Origin: Marsupella aquatica
Taxonomy: Eukaryota > Plantae > Marchantiophyta
DNA: 64,000 bases
Direction: 5' to 3'
Assembly: GCA_973895155.1 (NCBI GenBank)
Contig: OZ316894.1
Coordinates: 17,638,563 to 17,702,562, forward strand
Below the pieces are notes generated by a model. The model was given only the letters and a program-made list of their open reading frames with translations, was not told the DNA's origin and did not search any database. Position 1 is the stretch's first letter. Each line of letters starts with the position of its first letter. Of this stretch, positions 22,632 to 36,671 are shown piece by piece. The position numbers and the translations under genes are program-made.

Positions 22632-22975
22632 TGTTAGGATTTACTCTTAAGTCTAGAGTTACGACTCTACCATAATTAGACTAACCTTAGTCGCAGATTA
22701 GGTTAGGTTAATCATGCTGCACACACACTATACCCAAGCTGTGTTTGTTTGGATAGGAGGAACTCAGGCTCATTGTAACGGAGCTAGTTGAAAAATAGGG
22801 AGAGCTTGTGCTATTGATGTTTGGTATGACCGATCAGTCTAAAGTGCAGTAAAGCTCTTGTGTGTTCTCATTGACGTAGTCTCATGTGGAGGTGAACCAC
22901 GTATCTCTTGGTGTTGATACTTGTACGTCGAATGATTCATAGGCTTGCCGTTGCGATTGTCGTCTACATCCAACG
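22632..22975 (+). mobile_element. Solo LTR (344 bp), same family as 13742-14086
   Basis: Starts TGTTAG, ends CCAACG. Perfect 5-bp TSD TTAAG (22627-22631 and 22976-22980). Shares ctagagttacgact, ggttaggtta.tcatgct, ggatagg.g.aactcagg and agtaaagctc with the first copy. Confidence 0.9.
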
Positions 22976-24547
22976 TTAAGTTACACTTAAGCTTGATATT
23001 AGTCTTCCCAATAAGCTTCATTGAGGTAAGTGAGGAGTTCAAGGTTCATTAGTCCACCCACTTTGGGATAAAGGTTCGTGCTAAAGACACTTGGTTAGAC
23101 AGTTTAGAGGTCACTCCACTCTCTTATCACTTAAATACAAGCAAGCAGGTCAGGCAACGTCTAAAGAGTGGGACACAAGAGGTTGTTATAAATGAGTTTC
23201 CCATAATGCTTCTACTTGAATAAAATTGAGCCTTTGATCGGGAGGCTTAAAGACAGTCGTACCCGAGTTGAGCACCCACTACTTTGTGATTGCCTATGTC
23301 CGAGTCTTTGGGTGCCTGGGCATGCTGCAGTGTGGATTTAACTTCTCGACAGTGAGGAATTGTGGAAAGGTATTGATTTCAGTCATCTGCACTTCTGAGC
23401 GTTGAACTCATGTCTTGAAGCTGCGTCAGTGTTTATAAATTGCCAGTGTCTTTGGATGCCTGGCAATGCTGGAATGTGGATTTATCAATGATTTCTTGAG
23501 CTTAGAAAATCTGCCAAGAGATGGTAAACATTGGACCAAGATTGCTTCACATTGCAAAGCAACAACAACGAACCAGAAAGTGGACAATGAGAGGGAGGGA
23601 GACGAGTGTGACAGAGAGATCAGCTGTTTTCATTTTTGAATTAAAGCACTTCCACGAGAGCTTTATTGCATTGAGTGTGAATGGATTTCTTTAAGGTTCA
23701 CGGTTCAATGGGCAGAATCTCTCTGTTTTCTCCCTAGATTGCATTGTAGACCTCACAGAGCCTGCGCTTTTGATTTGGCCTCTCCCATCCTCGATATGTG
23801 TAATCCTCCTGAATTCGTTTCAGCATTTCGTTGAGTTTAGAATGCGTTAGCGTGCTGCAGAGTATCTACGTTTCTCTGCTCGAACTTTTGGAACTGTGGG
23901 GAGTTCTGCAAGAGATCTTGCTGAATATGACTTTATTTGCTTGACTTCTTGTCCGGGGAAGAAGTCTTGTTGCTCAGTGGCATTGTTGTGATACTGCTCT
24001 GCAGTGCAATCGCCGAGTGCAATCATGCAAATTGGACTAAAGTCTATTAAATTTACAGATTACGTTGCAAGAGAAATTGAAGTTTGGCCTGGCTTCTCAG
24101 AGGCAGGGTCTTTTGAATTCGACTTCCTTCTCCAGCTAGTAGAACTAACTTTGTGTGCCAATTTTTCCAACTGTTGTGCTTAGTGAACAAATGTTCGAGC
24201 TTTTCCCTACTGTTGGTTTTGTGTGGATGAACGTCTTATAGCGTATCTAATTGCCATACCATCATTCGTCCTTCTCATTTACCATTAGCACAGAAGGAAT
24301 TTACTGAATCCATATGCTTAAAATTATTCTTCAATTGAGTTCGATATGAAGTGAATTTGCGTTTATTCCGTTTGGCAAATCTGTCTACTGAGGAAATCCC
24401 CTCATTTCTTGGGGAGGACAGATTGGAACAAATAGAAAAATGGGCATATAGGAACAGAAGGACGAATGGCCAGCATGGAACAGAAAGGCAAATCGGGATG
24501 ACTGAGTTTTGCTTTCAAGTAACTTTCGGACACACCTTTCGATCTGG

Positions 24548-27500
24548 TCACCAGTAATCGCCACAAGAACAAATGCCATCTTTAAAATGGTGAAAGCGAT
24601 TAGCATCCCTGGCTATAATCTCGCGTCCAGTCACCTTCGTGATAAATTTGGTTGCGGTATGGCAATCTGAACACACACGAAGGTTCTTCCATACCCGAAT
24701 TGGTTTTCCCTGAGGTATGTGCAGAAGTCCGTAAGCAATAGCCAACTTCTCACTATGAGAGCAAAGAGCTAGTTCTTTATCCTCCTCATTAATATCATGC
24801 AACACAAGTCGGGTATCCGGAATATAGCCTTCAGCCTTCAATTTTCCAGTCAATTTATTGAGCTCGGTATATATTGCCTTCGCTTCTGGGTGAGATCTAT
24901 CCCCTACAACAAATGTATGGATCTTCTTGTCAACTTCAATCCAGCTACGTCCTGGCCCCTTCCAAACATGTCTCTTTTGCATCACGGTGCGTACCAATGA
25001 CTTCTTCTCCCATTTGCCAGCTGAAGCATAGATGTTGGAGAGGAGCACATACGCAGCAGCATTATTGGGATCCAAGTCCAGAAGCTCTTTAGCGGCAAGT
25101 TCGCCCAACTCCACATTACCGTAAGTTCTACAAGCCCCAAGCAAGGCTTGCCAAGTTACTTCATCTGGTTCCACTGGCATGTCACTAATGAAGAGCTTCG
25201 CTTCCTCCAAAAGTCCAGCCCGCCCAAGAAGATCCACTATGCACGTACAATGCACGATATCGGGCTCGATCCCATAGTCGTGCGTCATAGCTAAAAAGAG
25301 TCTACGGCCTTCATCTACAAGGCCTCCGTGACAACAGGCTGACAATACTGCCACGAACGAGTAACTGTCGGGCTGCACACCGTCAGCGGTCATTTTTCTA
25401 AAGATTTCCAGGGCTTCATACCCAAATCCATGTTGTGCAAGTCCACCGATCATTACATTCCATGTGGCTACATCGCGTTTCTCCATTCTGTCAAAAACCA
25501 GTCGGACGTCATCTATACTGCCACTCTCGGCATACATGTGAAGAATTGCATTGCCCACGCGCAGATCTGACTCTACTCCCGCTTCCCTAGCCTGGCCATG
25601 AATCTCCTTCACCCACTCCAAAGCCCCCGCACTTGCGGAAGCATTCAGGATGCTCATGTAAGTGATTGCATTTGGTTCGAAGCCTTCAAGTCTCATTCGG
25701 AGAAACAGTTGATATGCTTCATGCCCACATCCATGTTGTGCAAGTCCACCGATCATTGCAGTCCATGTGACTACATCGCGTTTCTTCATTCTGTCAAAAA
25801 CCAGTCTCGCATCGTCTATACTGCCACTCTTTGCATACATGTGAAGCAGCGCAGAGCCCACACGCAAATCCGACACCAGTCCCCCTTTGCTAGCATGGCT
25901 ATGAACTTCCTTCACCCATTCCAAAGCCCCGTCACATGCAGACGCATTCAGGATGTTGACATAAGTGATTGCATTCGGTTCGAAGCCGTCACGTTTCATT
26001 TGGAGAAACAGTCGATATGCTTCATGCCCACACCCATGTTGTGCAAGTCCACCGATCATTACGTTCCATGTCACTACATCGCGTTTCTCCATTTTTTCGA
26101 ACACTAGTCGAGCATCATCTGTCCTGCCAATCTCTGCATACATGTGAACCAGTGCATTGCCTACACGCAAATCTGACTCCACTCCCGCTATGCTCGCCTG
26201 GCGATGAACGTCCTTCACCCATTCCAAAGCCCCCTCGCTTGCAGATGCATTCAGGATGCTCACGTAAGTGAATGCATCTGGTTCCAAACCTTCTAGTCTC
26301 ATTTGGAGAAACAGTCGATATGCTTCATGCCCACATCCATGTTGTGCAAGTCCACCGATCATAATATTCCATGTGACTACATCGCATTTCTCCATTCTGT
26401 CAAAAACAAGTCGGGCATCATCTATACTGCCACTCTCTGCATACATGTGAATCATTGCATTGGCCACACGCGAATCCGACCCCAGTCCCGCTTTGGTAGC
26501 ATGGCCATGAATGGCCTTCACTAACTCCAACGCTCCCAAACTTGCAGATGCATTCAGGATGCTCAGATAAGTAATCTCATCTGGTTCGAAGCCGTCAAGT
26601 CTCATTTGGAGAAACAGTCTATATGCTTCTTGCCCATATCCATGTTGTGCAAGTCCACCGATCATTACATTCCATGTGACTTTATCGCGTTTCTCCATTC
26701 TGTCAAAAAGCAGTCGAGCGTCATCTATACTGCCGATCTTTGCATACATGTGAATCATTGCATTGCCCACGCGCAAGTCTGACTCCAGTCCCGCTGTGGT
26801 TGCATGGCCATGAATCTCCTTCACCCATTCCAAAGCCCCTGCACTTGCAGATGAATTCAGGATGCTCAGGAAAGTGATTGCATTTGGTTCGAATCCTTCA
26901 AGTCTCATTTGGAGAAACAGTCGATATGCTTCATGCCCACATCCATGTTGTGCAAGTCCACCGATCATTACATTCCATGTGACTACATCGCGTTTCTCGA
27001 TTTTGTCAAACACTAGTCGGGCATCATCTATACTACCACTCTCTGCATACATGTGAACCAGTGCATTGCCTACACGCAAATCCGAGTCCACTCCCGCTTC
27101 GCTAGCCTGGTCATGAACGTCCTTCACCCATTCCAAAGCCCCCTCACTTGCAGATGCATTCAAAATGCTCGCATAAGTGAATGCATCTGGTTCTAAACCT
27201 TCCCGTCTCATTTGAAGAAACAGTCGATATGCTTCCACACCATGACCACGTTCTGCATATGCTCCAATCATAACATTCCATGTAATGGCATTTCGATTGG
27301 TCAGCTTTTCAAAAACTTTCCTTGCCTCGGGAACGCACCCACATTTTGCGTACATCTGTAGGAGGGCAGTCCCTACACGCACGTCCAATTCAAAGCCGGC
27401 CTGTCGAATACGCTCATGAATTTCTTTTCCGCATGTTAGATCTAATGGGCTGGCACATCCTTTCAGGATGGTCAGATATGTGATCTCATTAGGCTGGATG

Positions 27501-28021
27501 CCTTCTTGGCGCATTTGATTGAAAAGTTCGAATGCAGACTGAACATGATCACTCTTAGCATATCCTGCAATCATGTTGGTCCAAGTAATAACACTCTTCT
27601 TCTGAAGTTGATCAAAAACTCTACGTGCATACGACAATCCTCCGCATTTGATATACACATTTAAGAGCGTGATGGCCACATATGGATGCTTATCAATTCC
27701 ACTCGCGATGATGCAATCATGAATTTGCTTGGCTGCTGGAAGGTCTTTCTGTTGCAAGCACATTTGCAGAACTTTCACATATGTATACGAGTCTATAGTA
27801 ATGCCTCGTTGTAGACGATCTTTCAAAACCGCAATGATTTCACGCATGGTACCAGCATTGTGCATGTGCCTACTGCCATTTCCTTCTGCAGTGACTTGAG
27901 ACCAATCTCTCGTGCAATAACTGACCTGAGATTGAAATCTGCAGTGCGTAATCAAATTCGCCCTTGCCTTAACCCATGCTGGAGTTGACCATCCATCCAC
28001 CCAAAGTGCGTTCCTTGTCAT
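24548..28021 (-). CDS. PLS-class pentatricopeptide repeat protein with E1/E2 and complete DYW cytidine deaminase domain (organellar C-to-U RNA editing factor)
   Basis: 26 P/L/S motifs ending P2-L2-S2, then the E domains, PG box (PGRSWIEV), HSEKLA, CSDCH, terminal CSCGDYW. Single 1157-aa ORF. Confidence 0.97.
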   Translation of the reverse strand: MTRNALWVDGWSTPAWVKARANLITHCRFQSQVSYCTRDWSQVTAEGNGSRHMHNAGTMREIIAVLKDRLQRGITIDSYTYVKVLQMCLQQKDLPAAKQIHDCIIASGIDKHPYVAITLLNVYIKCGGLSYARRVFDQLQKKSVITWTNMIAGYAKSDHVQSAFELFNQMRQEGIQPNEITYLTILKGCASPLDLTCGKEIHERIRQAGFELDVRVGTALLQMYAKCGCVPEARKVFEKLTNRNAITWNVMIGAYAERGHGVEAYRLFLQMRREGLEPDAFTYASILNASASEGALEWVKDVHDQASEAGVDSDLRVGNALVHMYAESGSIDDARLVFDKIEKRDVVTWNVMIGGLAQHGCGHEAYRLFLQMRLEGFEPNAITFLSILNSSASAGALEWVKEIHGHATTAGLESDLRVGNAMIHMYAKIGSIDDARLLFDRMEKRDKVTWNVMIGGLAQHGYGQEAYRLFLQMRLDGFEPDEITYLSILNASASLGALELVKAIHGHATKAGLGSDSRVANAMIHMYAESGSIDDARLVFDRMEKCDVVTWNIMIGGLAQHGCGHEAYRLFLQMRLEGLEPDAFTYVSILNASASEGALEWVKDVHRQASIAGVESDLRVGNALVHMYAEIGRTDDARLVFEKMEKRDVVTWNVMIGGLAQHGCGHEAYRLFLQMKRDGFEPNAITYVNILNASACDGALEWVKEVHSHASKGGLVSDLRVGSALLHMYAKSGSIDDARLVFDRMKKRDVVTWTAMIGGLAQHGCGHEAYQLFLRMRLEGFEPNAITYMSILNASASAGALEWVKEIHGQAREAGVESDLRVGNAILHMYAESGSIDDVRLVFDRMEKRDVATWNVMIGGLAQHGFGYEALEIFRKMTADGVQPDSYSFVAVLSACCHGGLVDEGRRLFLAMTHDYGIEPDIVHCTCIVDLLGRAGLLEEAKLFISDMPVEPDEVTWQALLGACRTYGNVELGELAAKELLDLDPNNAAAYVLLSNIYASAGKWEKKSLVRTVMQKRHVWKGPGRSWIEVDKKIHTFVVGDRSHPEAKAIYTELNKLTGKLKAEGYIPDTRLVLHDINEEDKELALCSHSEKLAIAYGLLHIPQGKPIRVWKNLRVCSDCHTATKFITKVTGREIIARDANRFHHFKDGICSCGDYW

Positions 28022-29163
28022 CCTATGATTGAACTCCGGTGCTCTGGGTTTCCTCTGTCAAGACCACAACCGACGATCAGATCTGGTACCAGGAGAAAAT
28101 CCAGGAGATCTGGATTCCACGAGGGGAAATTAATCTTTACGTATTTCTCGAGGACTCTGTTTCTCAATTATCTTTCTCCAACGAGGTTCACAAGTACATA
28201 GCAGACCGGTACGTCTCTCGAGTCGTACGACTAGGATGCATGCCTACCTCCGTCCAAAGACGTATTTTCTTGTCTCCCTTGCTCTGCTGTGATCTTTGGT
28301 ACACGCAATAGTGATACGACTCCTTTTCAACTGAGAGTAACAGCTAACTGAGAATGCAATGATCTTAGAATAGAATACTGAAATAATTGTGAACGCATAT
28401 CGAGGTAGCTCAAGTATCAATAAGCTCGTTCGTACTCCAGTTTTTCACTGTGACCATAGAAGGACAGAGTCAAGAGCCTATCGAATTGGCACTAAAAAAC
28501 TTAGTCAAGAAGTTACATGTTATCCTTGGGTTGTGTACAGGATAGACTCTTAGGGCACCTTGACAGGCGTTAATTTGTAAGTTGCCTACACCGCCTTTCG
28601 CTATACACGAACCAGAATCTCAGATTTTTTAAAAGAGACTACAATTCAGAAATCAAGCCTAGCCAGCATCTGTAGATTGGCTCGATAGACCCATTGAGAC
28701 TAGACATAGATGACATGAATATGATAGCGCTCCCCCTCCCTCTCCTACAATTCAAAATTAAAGCATATCCAGCATTCTTTCAATTGGTTCTAAAGAATCC
28801 ATCGAGAGTAGACACATACGACATGAATGTGACAACCCCACCACCCTCTGCTTCCATGGGCATGAAAAAAAAAATCAAACATGAAATTCAAGTCAAGTCT
28901 TCATGACGTGAGCCTCATAGGAGGAAATTCAGGAATTATAAATGTCACACCGTGTTCTGAAACAAGGGTTTTTCGTTTAAAGTAGGTAGTCACAACGTTC
29001 AAATCGCTCTTCAGTCTCATTACGTGAAGGGCTTGTACCAGAACAATGGCTGATGCCAATACCAATCAAACCGGAAGAGGAAGGATGAACCGCTGAACAA
29101 ACGATCTAGCTGATGCATAGATTAGTCTACTGCAACCTAGAATCCAAGAGAAAGGCTAGGCAC

Positions 29164-29352
29164 CTCAGAGTTGTACGCATTCACATCGACTTTCCCATTC
29201 TTCAGCAGCGCGTCGATGACCTTCACATTTCCTTCTTGCACGGCTCGGAAGAACGACGCCTGATTCAATTTCCCCGCTAGAACGCCAATCTGCGCCCCCG
29301 CATCCTCTCCTAGCCCTACCAAATTGGTCGCTCCCATTCCTGCTGACGCCAT
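29164..29352 (-). CDS. First coding exon carrying one ankyrin repeat; downstream partner exons unresolved
   Basis: ATG...QASFFRAVQEGNVKVIDALLKNGKVDVNAYNSE fits the ankyrin consensus and stops at a phase-0 GT (GAG|GTGCCT). Confidence 0.65.
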
Positions 29353-29506
29353 CCCTGCAAGCCAGTCCCTTCTGTCTGCCTGCCTGCGCCTACCCCCTAG
29401 CTGCTTCTCCCAATCTCACCAAATCCTTCGCTGCTGCTTCCTTCACGGAATCGTGGTCTTTCCAGTCCCCTGTCGATCTGCTCTCCCATCTCATGAACTT
29501 CAGTCA

Positions 29507-29599
29507 AATCTCGAGCAATTCAACTCCAATCTTCTCAAATCTCGAGCAATTCAACTGCAATCTTCTCAAATCTCGAGCAATGCAACGCCAATCTTCTCC
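29507..29599. repeat. 31-bp tandem repeat x3 in the likely 5' leader of the ankyrin exon
   Basis: aatctcgagcaattcaactccaatcttctca repeated with 1-3 changes. Confidence 0.9.
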
Positions 29600-29780
29600 A
29601 CACAACTCAGCTGGAAACCCCCACACTCATTCATTCCTGATTGTGAACTCAGGTACGAGAGCAGCCCTCAACACGAAGTTCCTCGATCCTTCTCTCTCAA
29701 TCATCTTCAGCGCTCAATTGTGCCTCTCTGCATTTCTCGTACACCTCAGCTTACTTTCTAAGTCCAATTTTCGCCAAAAC

Positions 29781-30045
29781 AGCTTTTTACTAACCTATCC
29801 CCCAAGCTACTGACGTGCCCTCCAGAACAAAATTAATTATAAACTACTCTCCCACTTAGTATTGGGGTCACAATAAACTCGTATATGGGTTCTTGGAGAG
29901 GTGGAATTTGAGCTTTTTACTAACCTATCCCCCAAACTAGTGACGTGCCCTCCAAAAACAAAATCAATTATCAACTAGTCTCCCACTTAGTATTGGGGTC
30001 ACTATAAACTAGTATAATAATGGGTTCTTGGGCAGGTGGAATTTT
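29781..30045. repeat. ~130-bp tandem duplication, each copy containing TGACGT, between the divergent ankyrin/PPR and YY1 units
   Basis: agctttttactaacctatcccc...tgacgtgccctcc...ctcccacttagtattggggtcac...ggtggaattt twice. Confidence 0.9.
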
Positions 30046-30352
30046 AATCAAATTCCACCTTCCCAAAAAAGTTTTTGCCGCTATTGGCAAAAACTCACTA
30101 CTGTAGATTCTTTTTTATACTATTAGCCAGTTAGTTTTATACTGTTAGCCAGTTTCCCGCCAAATCATGGACCCCATCAGCCAGAAATAATTAGGGTCAG
30201 GAAATAATTCCGGAAAATCACATAAAGAATATCCTCAGCATCTCCTCCTTCACTTTATACTGACTGAAACCAGATGCGCCAACTGGCTCCTTATATTAGA
30301 TATACAATACATATGAAAGTGGTTAGTTACCTTATATTAGAGTTAGCCTATT

Positions 30353-30370
30353 AAACCCTAAACCCTAAAC
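30353..30370 (+). promoter_or_regulatory. Tandem telo-box / interstitial plant telomere repeat (AAACCCT)2AAAC
   Basis: aaaccctaaaccctaaac upstream of YY1. Confidence 0.45.
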
Positions 30371-32147
30371 TAGATTAGTCCACCAGCATTTTGTGTACCA
30401 GGACCTTATATTAGAGTTACTAGCCAGTGCTTAAAATGAACACAAATAGAGGTGAATACATTCAAGTCCCCATGTCCTATTTTCAGAGACTCACTATGCC
30501 CCCAATCCTTGCTTTCCACTTACACTCCCAACTTCAGTTAGGTTCAGAGTTGCACTCTAGAGGCTTCACTCTAGACTGTAGGCACACTCAAAGTAACTTT
30601 AGATCACAATTATATGTTTGGATACTTATTAAAGGGGTTAAAACTAGATGAGTGAACCAGCAATTCTATTCAAGTTAAGGGGAGTTACTACACTATTTAA
30701 GTTCACTGGCCCCGACTACTACTGTACCTGTTATTTGAACTTGAGTAGAGGAGAGTACAATAAAATGTAATAAAATATATTCACTATTTTCATTCTTGAA
30801 ATATAATAATGAAATATAAAAAAACAACCATTCATTCATGTCTTCTATAGATGCACATATATTTTGGTGGGGTCTTAGAATCAAGGTCTAGAGGTTCCAC
30901 TCTAGAAACTTACACCGTGACTCTAGTTTGACTCTAGTTTCCCCTTTCATCGGAGGCCCACATTGGGACATTTGTCCCATTGGCTATAATATAAAAACAT
31001 TAACACCCCTTTTGTGGGGAAGGGGATTGAACGTGCGACCTCTCGATCGTGACGAAACAGGTGGGTGCCCACGCTTGCTGAAGGAGGAGGACGCGGATTG
31101 ACACGAGTTTTAGGAGATGGACGCATAGATTGCAAAACTATACGGAGTAGCGATTCCTCCGCAAACGACGAGGAATTCGCCGCTGCACATTCCTCCACTC
31201 TTGGCGACGCAGACCCATGTGACAGATCGCGTAGAGCTGCCCTAACAATTCCGTATTCCCAATTCCCATCGCCGAACGACTTCGATAGTATATATTACTC
31301 CGGAAGGGGCAGTGCATTGGCTCGACACGACGGTAATCCATCCTCGGCCGACCTAAAATTATTGAGCATCGAAATTGAGAGATCGTCATGTCTGGAGTCG
31401 ACTGTTTCAACTTTGCGCCAGGTTCTAGGTGGCCGACCTAATGAATGAGTTCCGAAATTGGGAGGTTATCATTTCTGGAGACGAAGACTGGGCCAGGTTT
31501 TCGATGGGGTTCGTCGTGGTTTGAGGGCCTTCGCTTCTGTGGTCGAATTGCCCGATAGAAGCCGTGGTTTCGTGGGATTGCCGATGTGTTTTAGTGGCGG
31601 TTCTGGGAGACAGGGACGTGCTTGGCAAGGCAGCTTGACGTGAGGTCAGGTGTGGGTGGATGGACGAGATAATTTGGGGTTCGGATGCTTCTGAGTTGGA
31701 ATTGCGGTGGTCTCAGTTCCTCGGGACCCGCGTTGTATGTTGCCCCGGGGAGGAAGGCTTTTGCGGAGGGTTTAGGTCACCATTGGGGGTATAGTTTGAA
31801 AATATTGGAGCCTTCCAGATTTCGGAAACTTTCGTCGGCAAGGAGACCTAATTCACAAGCGAGGTGGGGATTCGGTGTTGGTCACTGGCAATTTTGAGGG
31901 CAAGGTTTTAGAGTTTTCTAGCCGTGCTTTCATCTGTTAATAGGTTTGTACTTGCGGTGTTCTAGTCTCTATTCCTTAGAAGACTATTCTTGTCGAGATT
32001 GCAGGTGCTTAGAAGAAACAAATTGGCCTTTGTCTTCTCGCAGCCTAGCTCCCTGTGGGTCGTTCTACTTCTTCTCTATCTGGTGGGTTGTGGTCGTCTT
32101 ACAATTACAATCCCAGCCCTACGCCCGAAAGCTACGACTTAAACCGG

Positions 32148-34609
<2,462 letters not shown>

Positions 34610-36671
34610 TGTGGTTACCCTGGAGTGTTAGTTGTGAAAGTAATGAGTCACTTTGCTTCATAGTCTATGACAAAACTAGGTAAGAAAATTTGGGATCTGT
34701 TGAGTTGCAACACGGAAAGTAGTAGTAGTGAGATGTAGGAGAATTATTTAGTGTAGTGATTGTAGATGATCGACCTCAGAATTATGGAGATTTGGCATTT
34801 GATAGGTCGGCTTTCTGTACTTGTCCTTAAGGTTCTGGCCTCTTGGCCGCTTGAGATTCAGAGAATTCAGTTTCAGGTTCAACGGGATAATTTTGTCCCA
34901 ATAAGAATCATGCCGGTAAGAAATGACCAAAGGCATATTCCAGAAAGTGTACTTTCAGAAACGTGAGCTGTTACTGATTTAAAAGCAGACAAGAAACAAC
35001 GATTGGCTGTAAAAAGGTGCTTTGTAATTAGTTTTAGATGGTCCAGCAAGTACATCAAGTCCTAGGAGCACGATGGGTACTTGGACTGGAACCTGAGGAC
35101 GAGCTTTCTCCCTGGACTCTCAGGTGAGAAAGAATTGTTGTCTTCGTTCTTCAGTGAGGGGCTTTCAATTGATGTTGGTACAAGTGAAAGTGCTGGCATT
35201 CGGTTTAGAACCTTCTCATTTGAAAATCATGAATGTCTTGTGCCTTTTTCCACGATCAAATTTCTTTCTTCATGAATACGGATCAGCATTCGTGGGTCGA
35301 AAAGGTTTTGACAAACCTTGGTAAATCACATTTTCGGAAGTCTGGTTTGGTTTAGGGTTCACCTTTAGGTCATGTAATCTAAATGATCAGAAAGTCAATC
35401 ATTAGCCAATGAATAACTTCCAAATGTGGAAACGATTTAATCTGAGTGACAAAAGATAAATATGGAAACGTTTTAATCTGAGTGACAAAATTGATAAATA
35501 CTTTGAAAAGGATTAACAAATTCCAAATCAAAAACAATAACACAAACAAATTGCACTGAAGAAACAAGAAGTCCATGCCTAGATTAATCACCACATAGAT
35601 CTAGCAACTTTGATGGATCATGCACTTTGACATCTCACATCTCCATCAAAGTCAATAGGTACGGGATTTTTGTCAAACAACTTCTACACAGCTACCTGCC
35701 AAAGAACAAAATGCCCCTTACTGGGAGACCGGATCCTAAAGGAGACCCAAAGGAAGAGATCAATAAAGGCGAGAAAGTCAGGGAAAGACCCACATTCAAA
35801 GATGTAGGTGAAAAAGCCTGAGAGTCCCCAACAATGGCCAATGGAATTAAAGCCCTAGTAAGCAACAAACTGTAAACATCCAAAAACGTAAGGAAATTAA
35901 AGCATTACCGAGTGAAAACTAACACCTCAAGATGATCCAACTAGATTTTTGTCAATGCAGTGTTCCATCTGGGTGATACCATCTCGAAATGATCCATCTA
36001 GATTCTTTATGAACAAGGGAAGGGTGGTGCCTCTGGGGCACTTCTGTTTCATAAACAAACAAACAAACAAACAAACAAGATAGATCATATTCAACCTATA
36101 TATACTTTCTTTAAGAAATCTAATATTGACTTCTCTCTCCAATGAGAACTCCTGCACTAATCTGACCAAGTGGTAGCTCATTGTACTGGAATATGCATTT
36201 TAGAGTAGGAAATGCATGTGCGGAAGCAAGGCCCTAATAAGCATCTTTTGTTTCTGATCAGCTTCCTAGTAAGGGTGAGTGAAGTGACAGGACACTTGGA
36301 CATGGAGGTGAACAAGCTAAGAGAACGAGGAATGTCATAAGTAAGGCATTGTGTGACAACATCAGCATTGAGATCAGCATAATTGTGCTGGTCCAATACT
36401 TTTGTCTGTGTATTAGAGCACCAAGCACATTTAATTTTCCGATCAAAGAATATGTGAAGTAACCGCCATAGAAGGCTCAGATTTTATCCTATCTTAATAA
36501 AGGTGGAACGAAGGAGAACTAAGTCAGTAATGCAGGGTATGTGTAGCAACAATTAATGGCATAAATTGCAATGGGACAGGACCATGATGGACAGAGTTCA
36601 AGCCTATAAATCATGAATACCAAGGATAGATCAAAGGCAGGGTTGGAATTCTTCTAAAAATCTTTACTGCC

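Noticed and set aside
25598-27056. Repetitive plus-strand ORFs (e.g. WRNSRYASCPHPCCASPP)
   Set aside because: Antisense shadows of the PPR repeats.
31065-31448. 127-aa ORF upstream of YY1 as a conserved uORF
   Set aside because: GTG start and no recognisable motif; most simply GC-rich 5' leader sequence. It cannot be supported without ribosome profiling.
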